Below, one piece after another: positions 46,001-55,473 of a stretch of DNA of 64,000 bases. The stretch comes from Amoebophrya sp. A120 (Eukaryota; Protista; Dinoflagellata), in the NCBI GenBank assembly GCA_905178155.1, contig CAJINV010000001.1:11639832-11703831 (forward strand). Direction: 5' to 3'. The translations under genes and the position numbers were made by a program. The first letter of the stretch is position 1; each line of letters starts with the position of its first letter. The notes under the pieces were generated by a model. That model was not told the origin of the DNA, ran no database searches, and saw only the letters and a list, made by a program, of their open reading frames with translations.

Positions 46001-46447
46001 CTCGTTCGGCTGAACTCTAGCGCCGAAGCCGAACTCTCCCGCTGTCAGAGTCGTGTGTACGATCGCAAGTTTCGCTTCAACCGCGGCCTTTCCTTCGCTC
46101 TCGTCTGGTGTAGCTTTCTTGCTGCCCGAGGAAGAAGCCGCAGCGGTATCGGCGACAACGTGTGGTGGGGGCCAGAACCCAAGAAAGGCGCCATTCTTCA
46201 AGTCGCAGCGAACGAAAAAGGTGGCAGTCGCAGTTTTTGAAGTACCAGTGGACCACTTGCAGAGCCCCAGCTCCCGCTTGGACAGGGAGGCAACGTCGCA
46301 AACGTAAAACAGCTTGTCGGCCCTCTTGCTTTCATCAGCCACGACGCGCGACGGTCCTTCTTGGTCGCTCGCTTGTTCGCCATCATCGGAAAACGCATCC
46401 CCGATGAGCAGACCCGCAGCCAGCTCCTCAACGTATGGGGCAGCCAT
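37019..46447 (-). CDS. Very large (~3,140 aa) intronless protein with ankyrin-like repeats and a split C3HC4 RING finger
   Basis: 9.4-kb uninterrupted ORF. Ankyrin-like segments DGETALSYAIRHGLRTIVRDIL, GASPLWFASYFNRQTVL and TGMTPLQ. RING CPIC...CGHRFCRAC...(167 aa)...CPVC. Confidence 0.8.
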   Translation of the reverse strand: MAAPYVEELAAGLLIGDAFSDDGEQASDQEGPSRVVADESKRADKLFYVCDVASLSKRELGLCKWSTGTSKTATATFFVRCDLKNGAFLGFWPPPHVVADTAAASSSGSKKATPDESEGKAAVEAKLAIVHTTLTAGEFGFGARVQPNEDENSPKNIEQGDSEMLSPAANGANGSNAPVAHHQEAPPQAGAPAVAAENNAGGDVSSAGNNTDYPGDRAKTTKKVDRVLEGAVDPWSWRLLAYGAAVTGSTSLLSDCVYGKKISAQDRDDFYDYTLLSVGVVAEKTQIVEFFAHDLLGYHCEHIELPPERNMTTLEGRVLITHLACVLFAAENSFDGETALSYAIRHGLRTIVRDILTSYEMVKCTRMLHYIKLGAETTWRAETATGTSSSHPSKQAEKNRWVTLERDRTTEEDRKKAQELQKRFASGVEVETTGSKAQEQHTIHTEPLLRALYDLLADPSRRSLRMRRLVFPLMRVLQIGNTVCCSNKDDPSACLYDLTKLQGYFSAIGGGAPWWGPVIATVPRFLLPGSGSPSKKRSMPASSTNLVAAAEYEAEVDFADTISRLESESFKRFCNNSVWRRCVSLANHANGWSPEDVYEEIGGELDFMGRQRALMNEFVVRFCSKAVAMGATDALLWFARKVAPVLDVPIRSSLVLSLQENKLRGNKINLGESAILGVTDIHPENAATVAFELAGMLGLANPEQAASARKSDEKFFEELFYSGTWKGKTSFQAKGLAAEEKMLKMRKKQAKIVSASPSAIGSYENFSLEQLNNNYTCKSLPDLVKVTNHSIDSEMVTATGRKLSDVSAAVQRREAKAAAASRGRGTAKKFKTAEARLQALLKDLHAKDGDGHDAARRELLHTALQRVTEDIRDSTAALQDLFDTPTPTTVWSAFLRCYKEEEKRRGVYHSIVSKIRDSTFGYRTVAVFESMVYPSLDFERVDLHMSGLRSRAAFGVRRRLARLLHPEGVQLHEKVDKRAIFLASKTTEGTITVRGVKVPVTENTSEKFKTSLLAEMERERLKLLETISRNLLLVPRRWRPRKLRKFPYDGFVIAAGDSSGEDDFCSDSEDESKFSLVTMRKMNPVENADRRYREVLAWHKANFVAPDVAKIYRVKPMKEAVADLFRLYLQQSLALAAVTSVQDEENEQQSDAGPAPKRTKNCRTTPAQMKKKSRSSTSFAQPTTEIVKQFKMTRAGIMFEDLPRLFLLLTIDHHAFFRWAIQEKWIDLSTEIIPKNFYEEEVEDGGEHSERQARMADHNKGTNSETEEHCCPICLETLTEKNQYRALCGHRFCRACAFQELVQPCALDKNGIVWEVTNQITTVEADGTKKKTVTLKRIGKDGLGDYGEDDGADEQQQALENEAQGQEAAPAALNVEAANNDMQVEDAGAGPAVVAEAVLGQDEAAAVVVQPPDAPVENEFEFYDIDYLDDALPARPIRSRTLAFFYLPREQKNESGSGPGNKKCPVCREPLKPGSLSDAFALQLLVSGIWRSRRETQRLQPFPAVSLCSKVEGGNAPVTPGTTLGEALVSLAAACGAVSTLQVLLEEGEDTIRSCSAGASCAKASTQNNNKCCLAADSAREMCCGASPLWFASYFNRQTVLHWWTHWARKDQNAGGKYVTTDRLRESFVALHSAPSTEAILDPSAILERRGKVVTYCGAVLSSTGMTPLQTLVMPRKSKESVVRADLALDYYALALGKPVASTLRDGDRNKKQAVSGGEQLVPWWVSYIDETSTDQKIPNIPETMPDTLIEVVSRVHELSSSSSSHPPFRQTESLRRWNRLLSCLSNAEKVREELQQAAGQYAMSWPQENPLFLWSYHLAKAQPAGLGAVFPKEFNLWSMMLQRKPATDLLQVIDAAKILHQVGDIFQEAGESKWTLQAYSFCSFLLVLLTNPAPQNGKLLRLLVEQRSSTFSKALKECGGVLSEMLVREIRDHMEQAKDDEFTEELALLKKVNKFAGHTLAVFTDTPVVAIYRFLVLLAVLGQPRCRDQVADLLIGKTGAGGRLLQEQRRRTLQMEEQERAKKAQNAENQKDLQELQKAQYEARCRQIYLSAKQRFQDIEAEALAGLPAASATLLKDLRAVSQILLRRRALRCAGYPSAARIAHDWQSFDMGATTTEYGFQRLVCLILLDESELAASLVQEVQSSRSTEKSSSSTLLPREQTHETAPPDPSASPSSPPAKKRKLDDASASSSKPHATGGDAEDPLLSFAEMTARGWDRKRIEKSVSHYIGRPLQNLDAAFRKKVFARETIAQLADLTLDDSKSTSASSTGPGASSADKGHDHFGSLIVNLVDFPTRILKSRSISYSAQKHEGLVGRKISRDIQNLIHKYDIDCERDCGPDCAGVLNGTPRAQKKKAEELWRTLGGEESKKKKLAATSYLDAYAAARRRKVSSLGFLLRQRRFEQAEMLFDLERARDVARPPKSPEAKAEAAEQKKKKTKLRKMKRREKRDAAADVRRQRGVPMGEGANTATGEREDPTKTHTEDAEAAPPARRPRLMSPGFVSDDSDAEEVYSAAEDTDEADGQSEDSTDDEDKEHYPPWRDVTEYMPMRYRKGWRDRVWYERVLDTYLYEEVVCEQLLKKDAALMGLSPAQGKQIQSELEWIADYLAKTVQIGMLSFAPVAKSSEGTASTRPYCLWTDYSFVHGGLGLGGRYSREGEPLFIFFWQLILQSEQRDGMHSRLAGLDSGRRDLTFSYGSENEECSSLYFRYNPDCKVLEEEFGRGDQRLGVMLKELRKSAGANKKKCAASAGAEEETKPRAKQATLGDDELFLAVHVARLMKEKREAERIRLANFFSLMQFVGKKIVQVGGKMALLTIGIQRYLDGDDAASNGSVDESNLALLWRLLPRTVRQDGKVPVALLLRVVVLLLELLSEPVDATSFEEPTSSPEGRHSDERSFWEEKSESKQLLPLVLTRSLHDGDVEETHFLPRYPQKQFQTPGERILYLDSRFSPVQPRYEDYMWSQTDSEAHQDPHRLLVSQLLSPEDDSEGHWKQWAERETRSGRSPVPDPNFTHYWTGENEPSFWTLEKLEEAARDIQDLVSSTNVKTTPAATASSKTSSSILTDKQDFTLTAAFAVRFLVLRCGLDVQHLAIDELHPDGSDGHGKQLAYEDSQSAKQMTRAELEQLRMLQWQQPRKRTYYL

Positions 46448-47169
46448 GATGTTTGCTCGGCGCTCTAAGTGTCTGCGAATCTGGTCCACGATTGATTCTA
46501 CAACGATTGTGACACCGTCATATCGTAAAAATAGGAATTTTTCCTCTGTCTCTGACCTTGTATAGCCGGTTATTGAGTGAGTAAGTAAGTATTTCCGGAG
46601 TTTCTTTCTGAAAGTTTTCTTTCTGAAAGTAGTAGAGGTATGTGAAATTCGCCACGTGTCCTGGTATGTTGGAACTTCAACTTTTCACCTTTGAGATAGT
46701 CATAATCTTTGTTGTTGTTCCGCATGAGCTTACTAGCAAGAACCTTTTTGTATTTCCACTGCAATGCTGTTGAATTGGTAGAGTGAAATAACATTGATTC
46801 CGGACAGGAGGCGCACAACCGATCGAGAAAAAAGGAGCGAAAAAATTTCTGCTCAGCGATTTGGGTTCTGACCGATTATAGCAGGGTCAACAATACTGCG
46901 CACCGATATGTGTGGAGGAAGAGCAGAACCGAATCGATTTTCGTATCTATTTAGAGAGTTACGTACATTTTCACTAGCATCCGAACACCGGCACCCGATT
47001 ATTTTGAGTAACCATTTTAGAACAGTATGTAGATTCCGATCGATTTTGTCCTCGACCAGACGGTTTTCGGCGCAATTCTTAACAAAGGATCTCAGAACCA
47101 TCACCATGCAGTCGTGCGCTTTGAAATTTTGCTCTATTTCTTCGTCCCTCTGGTCTGTATCATCTGCCA

Positions 47170-49015
47170 CTAGGAGTACTTTGGACCAATCTTCTGCGAC
47201 TTTCGGTAGCGACTCTTGTAGACCGTTCTTGCGCAGTTTGTGTGGCCGTCCGTTGGGTAGACATACCGGCCAATCTTTGCCCGTTTCAGGCGGTACTTGA
47301 GCATCATCACCTTCTTGATGTTCCATTCCGGCATGTGTCGGTGCAACTTGCGCTTTACCCCGTTTGCATCCCGGTTCGAGCGCCCAAACCACGTCTTGCT
47401 TGGCATTGCGGGTCGGAGCACAAAGCTATTTTGTGACGCTGCGTCCGGAAAATTTTGTTTGTCCCTGTCGTAGTCATTTTTACCCCGATCACGAGGATGG
47501 GCTAGCTCCGGCCGCTGGAGATCATTTGCTTCTCTTTTGTACAGGGTCTCTTTCCCAACATTGGGGAAACCGAAGTACTCTTGCACGACAGCCGGACCGG
47601 TCAAAAGCATCGCGTACTTGCCCAACGCCTTTGTCTCAAATTCAGGTGACACGTGCTTTGCTTTCAGGGATTGCGTTGCTATGGTCCCCGCTTCCGGCGT
47701 GTAGAACCATTTGCAGAACGGGCGGGGCAGCTTCTGCTCCAGTGGCTTTCGTGAGTCAGCCGCCTGCGCAGCGCGGTCTAGTTCGTTTACGGCGACAAGG
47801 CGCAGCGAGCCATCTGCCGACGCTTTCTGCAACATCTTTCCCGTTTTCTCACCACAAACTTTCACAGCGTGTTGGGAAAAGCTCGTAGTTGGCCTGCTGC
47901 TAGTACTGGAAAACTCGGTTCTTTGTCTACCACCATGCGCACCTGCACTGCTCGCGTTGCAAAACACCACGGTCGGCTCTGCGACGGTATCGAGAACGCC
48001 TTTCATCTGCAAATAGCGGAGCCGGGGACTAGCGGTGCTGCGCCAAGCCGCGCTCGCGTTATTCGCCGCATCCAACTCGCCACCCTGACTGCAGGAAGGC
48101 AAAACGCGGGCGCCCGCGAGCAGTGGCACCAGCCCACCGTCAACCACGGCTTCGCAGTCGAACGAGCGCACGACATCGTCTGAGGCAAAGCGCCAAAGCG
48201 TTTGCGCGATGCGGATGCGTTCGCGCAGATTTGCGAACGACACCACAGCGGGCAAGCTGCTTCCCACACCGTACAGGTGAAAGGCTGGCTCGCTTTCGCA
48301 GTTGCGCGACGTAACTGTTTCATGTTCAAATCCATTTAGCTTAGTCGGAAGACAATAAAATCTCAGTCTTTACTGTATTTTGAAAGATTTTTATGATGTA
48401 GCTCTCACTCTGTCGACTTCAAAATAAACTACTCTATTGATTTCCAAAGATCATACTCATTTTCCGCAGCTCCGTCGCAAGCATTCCGGACTCGAGCGTG
48501 TCGTGGGGCGGAAAGTATCTTTCTATTTGGTCGTGTGCGACCGCGCAATTTCGGGCAACCTGCCGCGCCCGGCATTCCAGGTGAGAGACGACGAGGTGAC
48601 ATCGCGACAGAGCAATCCGATCCGCGATCTCCTCCTCTTCTTTTAGTATGCTCGTGTCAATTGGAATGACACAGCATCCCTGCGACCAGAGGTAGGCTGA
48701 CACCGGCAAAATTTCCACGACGGAACCACAAACAGCAACGCGGCGCTGGTCCACTTGCTGATGTTGCGCTTGGGAAATCAAGGTTGGCGACGGACGAGCG
48801 CTGCTACAACTGCTGGATGAAGAGGATGGCAAGGAAGACGCGCTGCTGCACGAGGAACTCGTGCTCAAGGATCGATGTCTTCGAGATGCATTGGATGTTA
48901 TAGTACCTGCTCCAGGTGCCGTGGGAAACTTTATTTCCACACATCGACCACTGCCTACGCTCCGTGGCGGTGCAGGAATTCCAATCCGAAGCCGAAGCAA
49001 CGGCTGCGTGGCCAT
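47170..49015 (-). CDS. Hypothetical protein, ~567 aa, 2 exons, basic C-terminus
   Basis: Exons 49015-48457 and 48314-47170 join in phase through A|GTATGA...AACAG|TT. No family recognised. Confidence 0.55.
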
Positions 49016-49569
49016 GGGTGGTGTTGGTGTGTGCCGCCTTATTTCAAACGTGATAGATACGGTGGATGCAGAAATGTTTAAGTGCAGAAGGTGCGGAATA
49101 CTGTAAGCTCCTGATCGATTCGAAAGCAACTTGGGAAAAAAACAGCTCGTGAGGATGCCCCCCAGGAAAAAATGTGTCCAAGTTGGAAACGAGATCAAGA
49201 AACGGCGATATATTGATGATCTCTTTTATGGAGTGAGATGCGCCGTCAAAAGAAAAAACACAAGCCTTGTGATCGACACAGATAAATTACTATTCGGCTG
49301 TTGAAACCGAACATGAGCACGTGCAGCACGAAACAATATTTACCTTTCAACATTTCGTTTGAAGTTTGCAGACAAGAAGAATGGTTGGCATTTTGCAAGC
49401 AATCAAAAACAAAGAACGACGAAAATTCCATCTCACCATTTTCAAGTGAAAAGGTATTCTCGTTACGCGATGAAACCAATGCACGTTTGTTAGTAGTTTG
49501 TGCGAAACGTCCAAAACTAAGTAAGTAAAACCTTTATTCTACTGTACGATCAATAAACTGTTAGCAACT

Positions 49570-52500
49570 TCAATCGTCCTCCACCACAGCATCCGGGTGC
49601 GCCTGTCGGAACTCCTGGATTCTCCTCGCCAGCCCTAGATTCGGACGCAGCGTGTTCGGCTGCAGCGGGCGGATCGGTATCGGTAGTTCATCGCCATCTC
49701 CTCGGCGGCGCAGCCGACTGAGGCAGCAGTTGTCTCCCGGATACTCGGTGTAGAAGGAATCGTAGACCACCTCTTCGTGCTGCCCCGGGATGGGCGGCTT
49801 CCCCTTCAGGCGGAACCGCTTCTTGGACAGTTTCGCAAATTCACCCCGCAGCAGCAAGTGCTTTCTGAGCGCGGACAGCTCGTACGAGTGGATCTCTCCG
49901 GGCACGCATACCGGCTCCTCCATGACCTGCAGAGTGATGGGGCAGAGGAAATCCCTCGGAATCTCGCACGGGCGAGGCGTTGCGGGAACGGAATCATTTT
50001 CATCTACCGATCCTGCATTTTGTTCAGTTGCTGGGGGTGCTGCGCTTGCTGCTCTTTCGCGAGCCGCTTCAACAGCCGCTTCGGCAAGACGATTTCTCGA
50101 AGACGCCAACAGCGTGTCCATCACTTTTCCCGTCCACGCTCCGCAATTTGTCGTACTACTGTCAGCACGGCCTCCACACCGAGAAGGAACAGCAGCACCC
50201 GGTCTTCGCCCCGGCTTCGGTTCGCAAAATTTCATGACCAGTTTCCCTAATTTCTTCAGACCTGGAAAACAGGGTCCGCGCTGGTCCCGCTGCTGCCGAA
50301 GCACCGCCTCCACAAACCGCTCGTTTCGCTCATGCTCCTCTCGTCGAATTCGCTCCACATCCACTCCCACCAGTGCGAGAGACGGGTCCTCTAAAAGCGC
50401 TGCGGTCCACCCGTTCCACAATCCTTGCGTTTGCGGCACAAGGTTCCCCAGCAACCGAGCCCGCTCGTCCGTATTGAGAACACTTAGCGGTCCTGGTTGT
50501 GTGGGAACCCCGGTGTTCAACCACGTGACGCGTCGACCATTGGTGTGCAACGTGTCTGATGTCCCGTTGTCTCTGTTGCCCGTGGAGGTCGTAGTTTCTG
50601 GTCCGGGTAAGAGCCCTGGTCCGGTTATGGCGGTGAGGTCAAGCATGGTCGCTATCCGGGGATGCTGCCTGTTTATTACATCCTCCGCTGGTTGCGTCTC
50701 TCCTGCTCGCAAGGCCGTTGTCTGGACCGTGCCACCGGGCGACGTGTTTGATGTAGCTGCGCCCTCTTGATCTCCACCCGTCTGCCCACGCCGCAAATCC
50801 CCGAAGGACGGGAGTGACGGATCTGTTTCTGGACTGCGTTCTGAGATGGGCGACAGTCCGTACTGGCGCTGGCGCTGCTGGAACGCAAACACAAGTGGTC
50901 GCAGCGCGTTCAGCTGAATGTCCAACGCCTGGCCGACCGCGCGCCGAGCATTCACGGCCGCTGCCTCGTCAATGGGATTCAGAGCCGCAAACAGGTCGGG
51001 GTTGGATAGTTGGCGCATTTGGTGCGTGTATTCACGGATCTGGTCCAGTACCCGCGCACGTTCCTGAAATCCATCGGGGCGCATCGCGGCAACCACCACT
51101 CCAAGCTGTAGTGGCGGTGGAGGATTTGGGGCAAACAAATCTGCAACCATGAGCAATGCCCGGTTGAAGCTTACGACGAGCCTCACAATCTCGCGAGCAT
51201 TCATCACGTCATACGGCATTTCCGAACGAGCGACCTCCTCCTCCTGCGCGGACGCAGTTGTCGCGGGATTGTGCACCTCGTAGCCGTGCTCTGCCGCTGC
51301 TTGCTGCATGGCCGCCGCCTGAATCGTCCTTTGGAGAACTGGCTGCGGATTGGTGTAAACGCGGTGCCGCAGCGGCGTGCCGGCCTCAGGATGCCAATCC
51401 GGACTCGCCGAAGCCAAACCGTTCAGGACCGGGAACTGAAAGGAGGTGACTCGGTTTGGTTCCCCCTCGCCTGGAAGTAGCGCCGGGTGATTCGGGTCGG
51501 GGGCGCCTGCAGGCACCATGATCGTCCGCCGTACAACTCGAGGAGGTTGGGTTGGCAGGGTTCTCGCGTCCACCGGGGACGCTTGGCTGCCTGCCGTAGT
51601 AGTTGTAAAAACCCGTTGCGGCACCAGTAAATGAGTGTCAGTACCATCCTCATTCGCATCGGCTGGCGAATTGTTTGGTGTGAAAGTTGTTGGCGAAGTC
51701 TGGGCCCACCAAGCGCTCGCTACTACCTGTTCCATGGAATCGTCTGCATGTTGCTCATCGCGGTGTACGTCGTCTGCTGGCGGCAGCGCAAATGGGTTTG
51801 CTGCAGAAGCGTATGGCTTTGCCCCGGGTGGGGCACTCCCTGGCGTTTGCACCGTTCGCCGACGGACAACGGGCGACGCGGCCGCCGGATCTGCCAGCGG
51901 CGTTGCCGGCGCGCTTTGCACATTCGGGGGCTCGACCCTTTGAAACACGATGCGACTCGGCGATAGCGGTTGGAGATGGCTCGGACCCTGGGTCGAACGG
52001 CTTGTCGCGACCGGGGACTCCGGTACGCCGCGGTTCGAGCGGCCGAACGGCCTTCTCGTCGAGGAATCGCGCGGACTGTAGTCGGGGCTAGGTGGTGGAA
52101 CTCGAATCCCAGACACATTCTGCCTGGATGTGCTTCGCTGTACCATGTTCGGACTTTGGCTGTGCGATGCGGGTGGGGGTACTGGCGGCGCCTCGAATGG
52201 ATTGGTGTAACGCCCGGTGCGAAAAGATCCACCCGCAAATTCGCCTGCTGCACTTGTTGGCGACGAGCTGCCGCCGGTACTGCTTCTTGTGCGTGGCATG
52301 AGCGGTAAAATAGGCCCCTCTGGTACCTGTGCGGGTGCTTCATCGGCGAGCGTTGCCCCACCAGATGATGTTCGTTGTGGAACAACAGCACCCAGGCGTG
52401 GCGTTGTAGTACTTGGCGTTGCAGCCGCTGACGCGCCTCTCCTCGGCGTTCGTGCTCGCAGTTCCGCCTCCGTAGGAGACCTCAGATGCTGCTGCAATCC

Positions 52501-52767
52501 CGTGAAAGAGTCAAAGGACGTAGACCACGTCGCAGGGCTGGAATCTGCATCCGCTGAGGACAGGCCAGTGTCGGAAGACCGGCCGCCTTGCAGAAATTCC
52601 TGGGCGTTACTTTCCAGCACGGGCTGTACATAGGCTGCATAATCCCCCGCGTCAACGCGGGCCGAGGCACGTGACAAAAGCGAAAGGCTGGCAGCAAGAA
52701 ACGCAAACCGCAGCCCCTGAAACGAACGGGGCAGTTGTAATATACAAAACGCAAACAACGATGACAT
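49570..52767 (-). CDS. U-box domain protein (putative E3 ubiquitin ligase) with N-terminal signal-peptide-like segment
   Basis: C-terminal U-box IPRDFLCPITLQVMEEPV...HSYELSALRKHL...LRPNLGLARRIQEF. N-terminus FAFLAASLSLLSRASA-RV is hydrophobic with an AxA-type cleavage site. The middle is a long Pro/Ser/Thr-rich linker. Confidence 0.8.
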   Translation of the reverse strand: MSSLFAFCILQLPRSFQGLRFAFLAASLSLLSRASARVDAGDYAAYVQPVLESNAQEFLQGGRSSDTGLSSADADSSPATWSTSFDSFTGLQQHLRSPTEAELRARTPRRGASAAATPSTTTPRLGAVVPQRTSSGGATLADEAPAQVPEGPILPLMPRTRSSTGGSSSPTSAAGEFAGGSFRTGRYTNPFEAPPVPPPASHSQSPNMVQRSTSRQNVSGIRVPPPSPDYSPRDSSTRRPFGRSNRGVPESPVATSRSTQGPSHLQPLSPSRIVFQRVEPPNVQSAPATPLADPAAASPVVRRRTVQTPGSAPPGAKPYASAANPFALPPADDVHRDEQHADDSMEQVVASAWWAQTSPTTFTPNNSPADANEDGTDTHLLVPQRVFTTTTAGSQASPVDARTLPTQPPRVVRRTIMVPAGAPDPNHPALLPGEGEPNRVTSFQFPVLNGLASASPDWHPEAGTPLRHRVYTNPQPVLQRTIQAAAMQQAAAEHGYEVHNPATTASAQEEEVARSEMPYDVMNAREIVRLVVSFNRALLMVADLFAPNPPPPLQLGVVVAAMRPDGFQERARVLDQIREYTHQMRQLSNPDLFAALNPIDEAAAVNARRAVGQALDIQLNALRPLVFAFQQRQRQYGLSPISERSPETDPSLPSFGDLRRGQTGGDQEGAATSNTSPGGTVQTTALRAGETQPAEDVINRQHPRIATMLDLTAITGPGLLPGPETTTSTGNRDNGTSDTLHTNGRRVTWLNTGVPTQPGPLSVLNTDERARLLGNLVPQTQGLWNGWTAALLEDPSLALVGVDVERIRREEHERNERFVEAVLRQQRDQRGPCFPGLKKLGKLVMKFCEPKPGRRPGAAVPSRCGGRADSSTTNCGAWTGKVMDTLLASSRNRLAEAAVEAARERAASAAPPATEQNAGSVDENDSVPATPRPCEIPRDFLCPITLQVMEEPVCVPGEIHSYELSALRKHLLLRGEFAKLSKKRFRLKGKPPIPGQHEEVVYDSFYTEYPGDNCCLSRLRRRGDGDELPIPIRPLQPNTLRPNLGLARRIQEFRQAHPDAVVEDD

Positions 52768-54002
52768 CCTCTCCTGCTCTACTGTACTGGTCACCAAAAA
52801 CCGGCCCCGTGAAGTCTGTCAACAAAGTGGATAGTGTCTTTGCAGTGGTAGTGCAAAAGTTCAATCAAGATACTTATCATGAAAAAGTGGTTTGAGCCGT
52901 GGCGCAAAAATCGTTTCTTAGCTTGATGCGAAAAACTAAAACCGAAGGAACGCCGATTTGCAGATTTGCCTCGCCAGTTGCGGAGGAGAAAGAGCGACCC
53001 TCTTTAGGCACGTTTATTCCTTTATTGTGATGACTCTATCGACATCCACAGAAAATTCAGTTTCCAAGCTTCGTGTCTCTTGAAAAAAACGAATGATGTC
53101 ATTGAGAGTTGTTGAAGCACTACTCTTTCCCTTTATTTCGCTTCATGACTTTCTTCGTATCTGCAGCCTGTGACCGTCACAATATGATATTTATCGCTAT
53201 ATCCAGTGTTACGACGAAACAGAAACGAGTTGACTGTTGATGCTATCTTCGAGTTGCAACAGCTCTTCTGCAGCAGCTCTACAACATGGCATAGAAACTT
53301 AGATAAATCAGCCTGGATGCCGAGAGGAAAAGAGTGAAACTACTTGGAAAAAATCATAAAGCCCTGGAGTAAACCTTCACACAGAAATTCCAGGGGCGCC
53401 TTTGTTTTCCCTGTGTTCTAGGTGTTACTTACTAACTTACGTTGATTTTCTCTCGCAAAGCTGGTGCAACAAAGAAACTGGGCGTGTTACAACTTACTTG
53501 TCAGGTCTGATCGGAACGTGGAAATGATGCCAACCAAAAGATAACAGGCCTGCCAAACACAGTCCCTTCCTTCCAAACGTGGAATTTACATCTTTCTTGA
53601 TTGGCCAAGGAGCAGTGTGAAGTACAACAAACTAGACTTTAAAGTATTCAAAAAGTTAAAGTAGTTCTCGATCTCGAAAACGAACCATTTGTGATAAGGA
53701 AGAACTGAAGCTCGTTTTCTCGAGTACATAAAAAATGAGGTGATGCTACCGTTTCTCGAGTCACCATGTCGTTTTTTTGGCTTTCTATACCTAACCAATT
53801 CAGGGGATTTCTCTATTGTTACACTATTTTGGTGGATAATGCTTGCGCGCCAAACCGGGGACGAGAGCCGTTCAAATGCCCGGCACATCAAAGTGATTGA
53901 CAGAGCGCTGGAAAAAAAGTTGATATTAACAATTCGTGCACCACTCCCTCGCCTAGAAATTAGTCCGGGCTTCTACGTTGCTACCCTACACCTGGCGGGA
54001 GC

Positions 54003-54656
54003 TCACGCCTTGCACGTCAGACTAGGCGTGTCCTGCGATACGGTGGTGGAACAGGAGGAGATCATACTGGCGTGCGACTTTGTCGTGCTCAGAAACGACG
54101 CTCCGGTGTTACCAGTCCCCTCCTTCTCGTGCATGTTCCTTACGTGGTCGAAAGCTAGGCCGGATTCCAACAGAAACTGCTGCTCGTCCGGCTCCGCAGC
54201 GGCAAACCCGTTGACGTAGCGGTTAGAGAAGGTGCAGGTGAACGGCGTGGACATCGGTTGGTACTCGAACGCGTTATAATTGATGGTGACCAACGAACCG
54301 GCCTTCAAATCTTCCCGCGAAGTTAAAATCATGGTCCGCACGAATTTGGCCTCTTGTCCGGGTGTCATCTTCACACTGGTCGTGAGCAGATGAAACGCGC
54401 AGTTTGGATCGTACGCGTGTTGGCAGAATCGCAAGTCGGATTTCAACGAGTTCCAGGATTCGGTCTCAGAGATCTGGATCGAGTGCATGTCTTTGTCAGG
54501 GATGATCAGGATGTCAGGATCGCAGCGAGCGGACAGCAGCACCTCGCCGGCGACAACGTCCTGGCAAACGTGGAGCCCGGATCCTAATTCCGCCAGTGGC
54601 CCCTCCATGGGCTTCACAACGGTTTTGTTCGGGGCGGAGAAGTGGAAGTCACACAT
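54003..54656 (-). CDS. Small SET-domain-like protein (degenerate)
   Basis: GSGLHVCQDVVAGEVL, FCQHAYDPNC (NHSCxPN equivalent), REDLKAGSLVTINY and MSTPFTC...VNGF. Confidence 0.7.
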   Translation of the reverse strand: MCDFHFSAPNKTVVKPMEGPLAELGSGLHVCQDVVAGEVLLSARCDPDILIIPDKDMHSIQISETESWNSLKSDLRFCQHAYDPNCAFHLLTTSVKMTPGQEAKFVRTMILTSREDLKAGSLVTINYNAFEYQPMSTPFTCTFSNRYVNGFAAAEPDEQQFLLESGLAFDHVRNMHEKEGTGNTGASFLSTTKSHASMISSCSTTVSQDTPSLTCKA

Positions 54657-55391
54657 TTTCGGTCTGTTACTTTTGGATACTTATCGAAGAAGATGTACTT
54701 CACGCACTTTCTTCAATGTGACGCAGCTGCAATTGGCTAGGGCAGTAATAGCTTTGATCTTCAGACTTTCAGTTTCAAAGTGGGTAATCGTGGAAGCGAG
54801 TGGAACAGCAATGCTTCTCTCGGGGGTGATCGGTTGGTGTGCCGACGTTTCGCAATCATGTGATTGCCAAAATAGAAGAGGCAAAGCGGCTAGCTCTTTG
54901 TAGCTCGAGGTTGTGGTTCAAAAGCGTAAAATTGAGTCATGAGAAGATGAAGGTGCTGCTGTTCTGATGCTCGGCGATCAGAAAATTCGGTTGTACTTGT
55001 GATGTAATAGTTGAGGACACAAACTGTGACAGAAGTAAACCGGCGCTAATGCTCCTGATCTAGCTCGTCCTTTCGGTTTATTCCCTCTTTCAGTCATCGC
55101 GACCGACCTTTCGCTCCTGTGTGGATTCCAAAAGCGGAACACTTGTCCTCATCCGTTCGGATGCAGGCCTCGTATAGCAGCCTGAAGCTTTCACGCCTAC
55201 ACTGAGGGCAGAAAGTTTTTACTTGCTTCGTGTTCCTCGCAGGATGGCTAGATAGACATAGAATCGCATTGCTTTATGATAAATCCGTTAAAGATTTCTT
55301 TTCTCTTCGATGGTTTTTACTCGTACGAGAATTGATCCATTCTTCTTCCGTGCGCGGCATAAGAATGCATATTCTGGAATATCAATATTGA

Positions 55392-55473
55392 GATACATCA
55401 ACATCAGGGCACAAGAGGAAAGCAACACTCATCAGCAAGCTCCCCAGGTGCCCTTCACACGGCCGTAAGTATC
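55392..55473 (-). promoter_or_regulatory. Candidate SECIS element in 3' UTR of the glutathione peroxidase gene
   Basis: Minus strand reads GAUAC...CGGC-CGU-GUGA-AGGGCAC-CU-GGGGAGC-UUGCUGAUGAGUGUU-GCUUUCC-UCUU-GUGCCCU-GAU-GUUG-AU-GUAUC. This gives helix I, a UGA/GA kink-turn core and helix II, ~140 nt after the stop. It lacks the usual apical AA. Confidence 0.6.
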
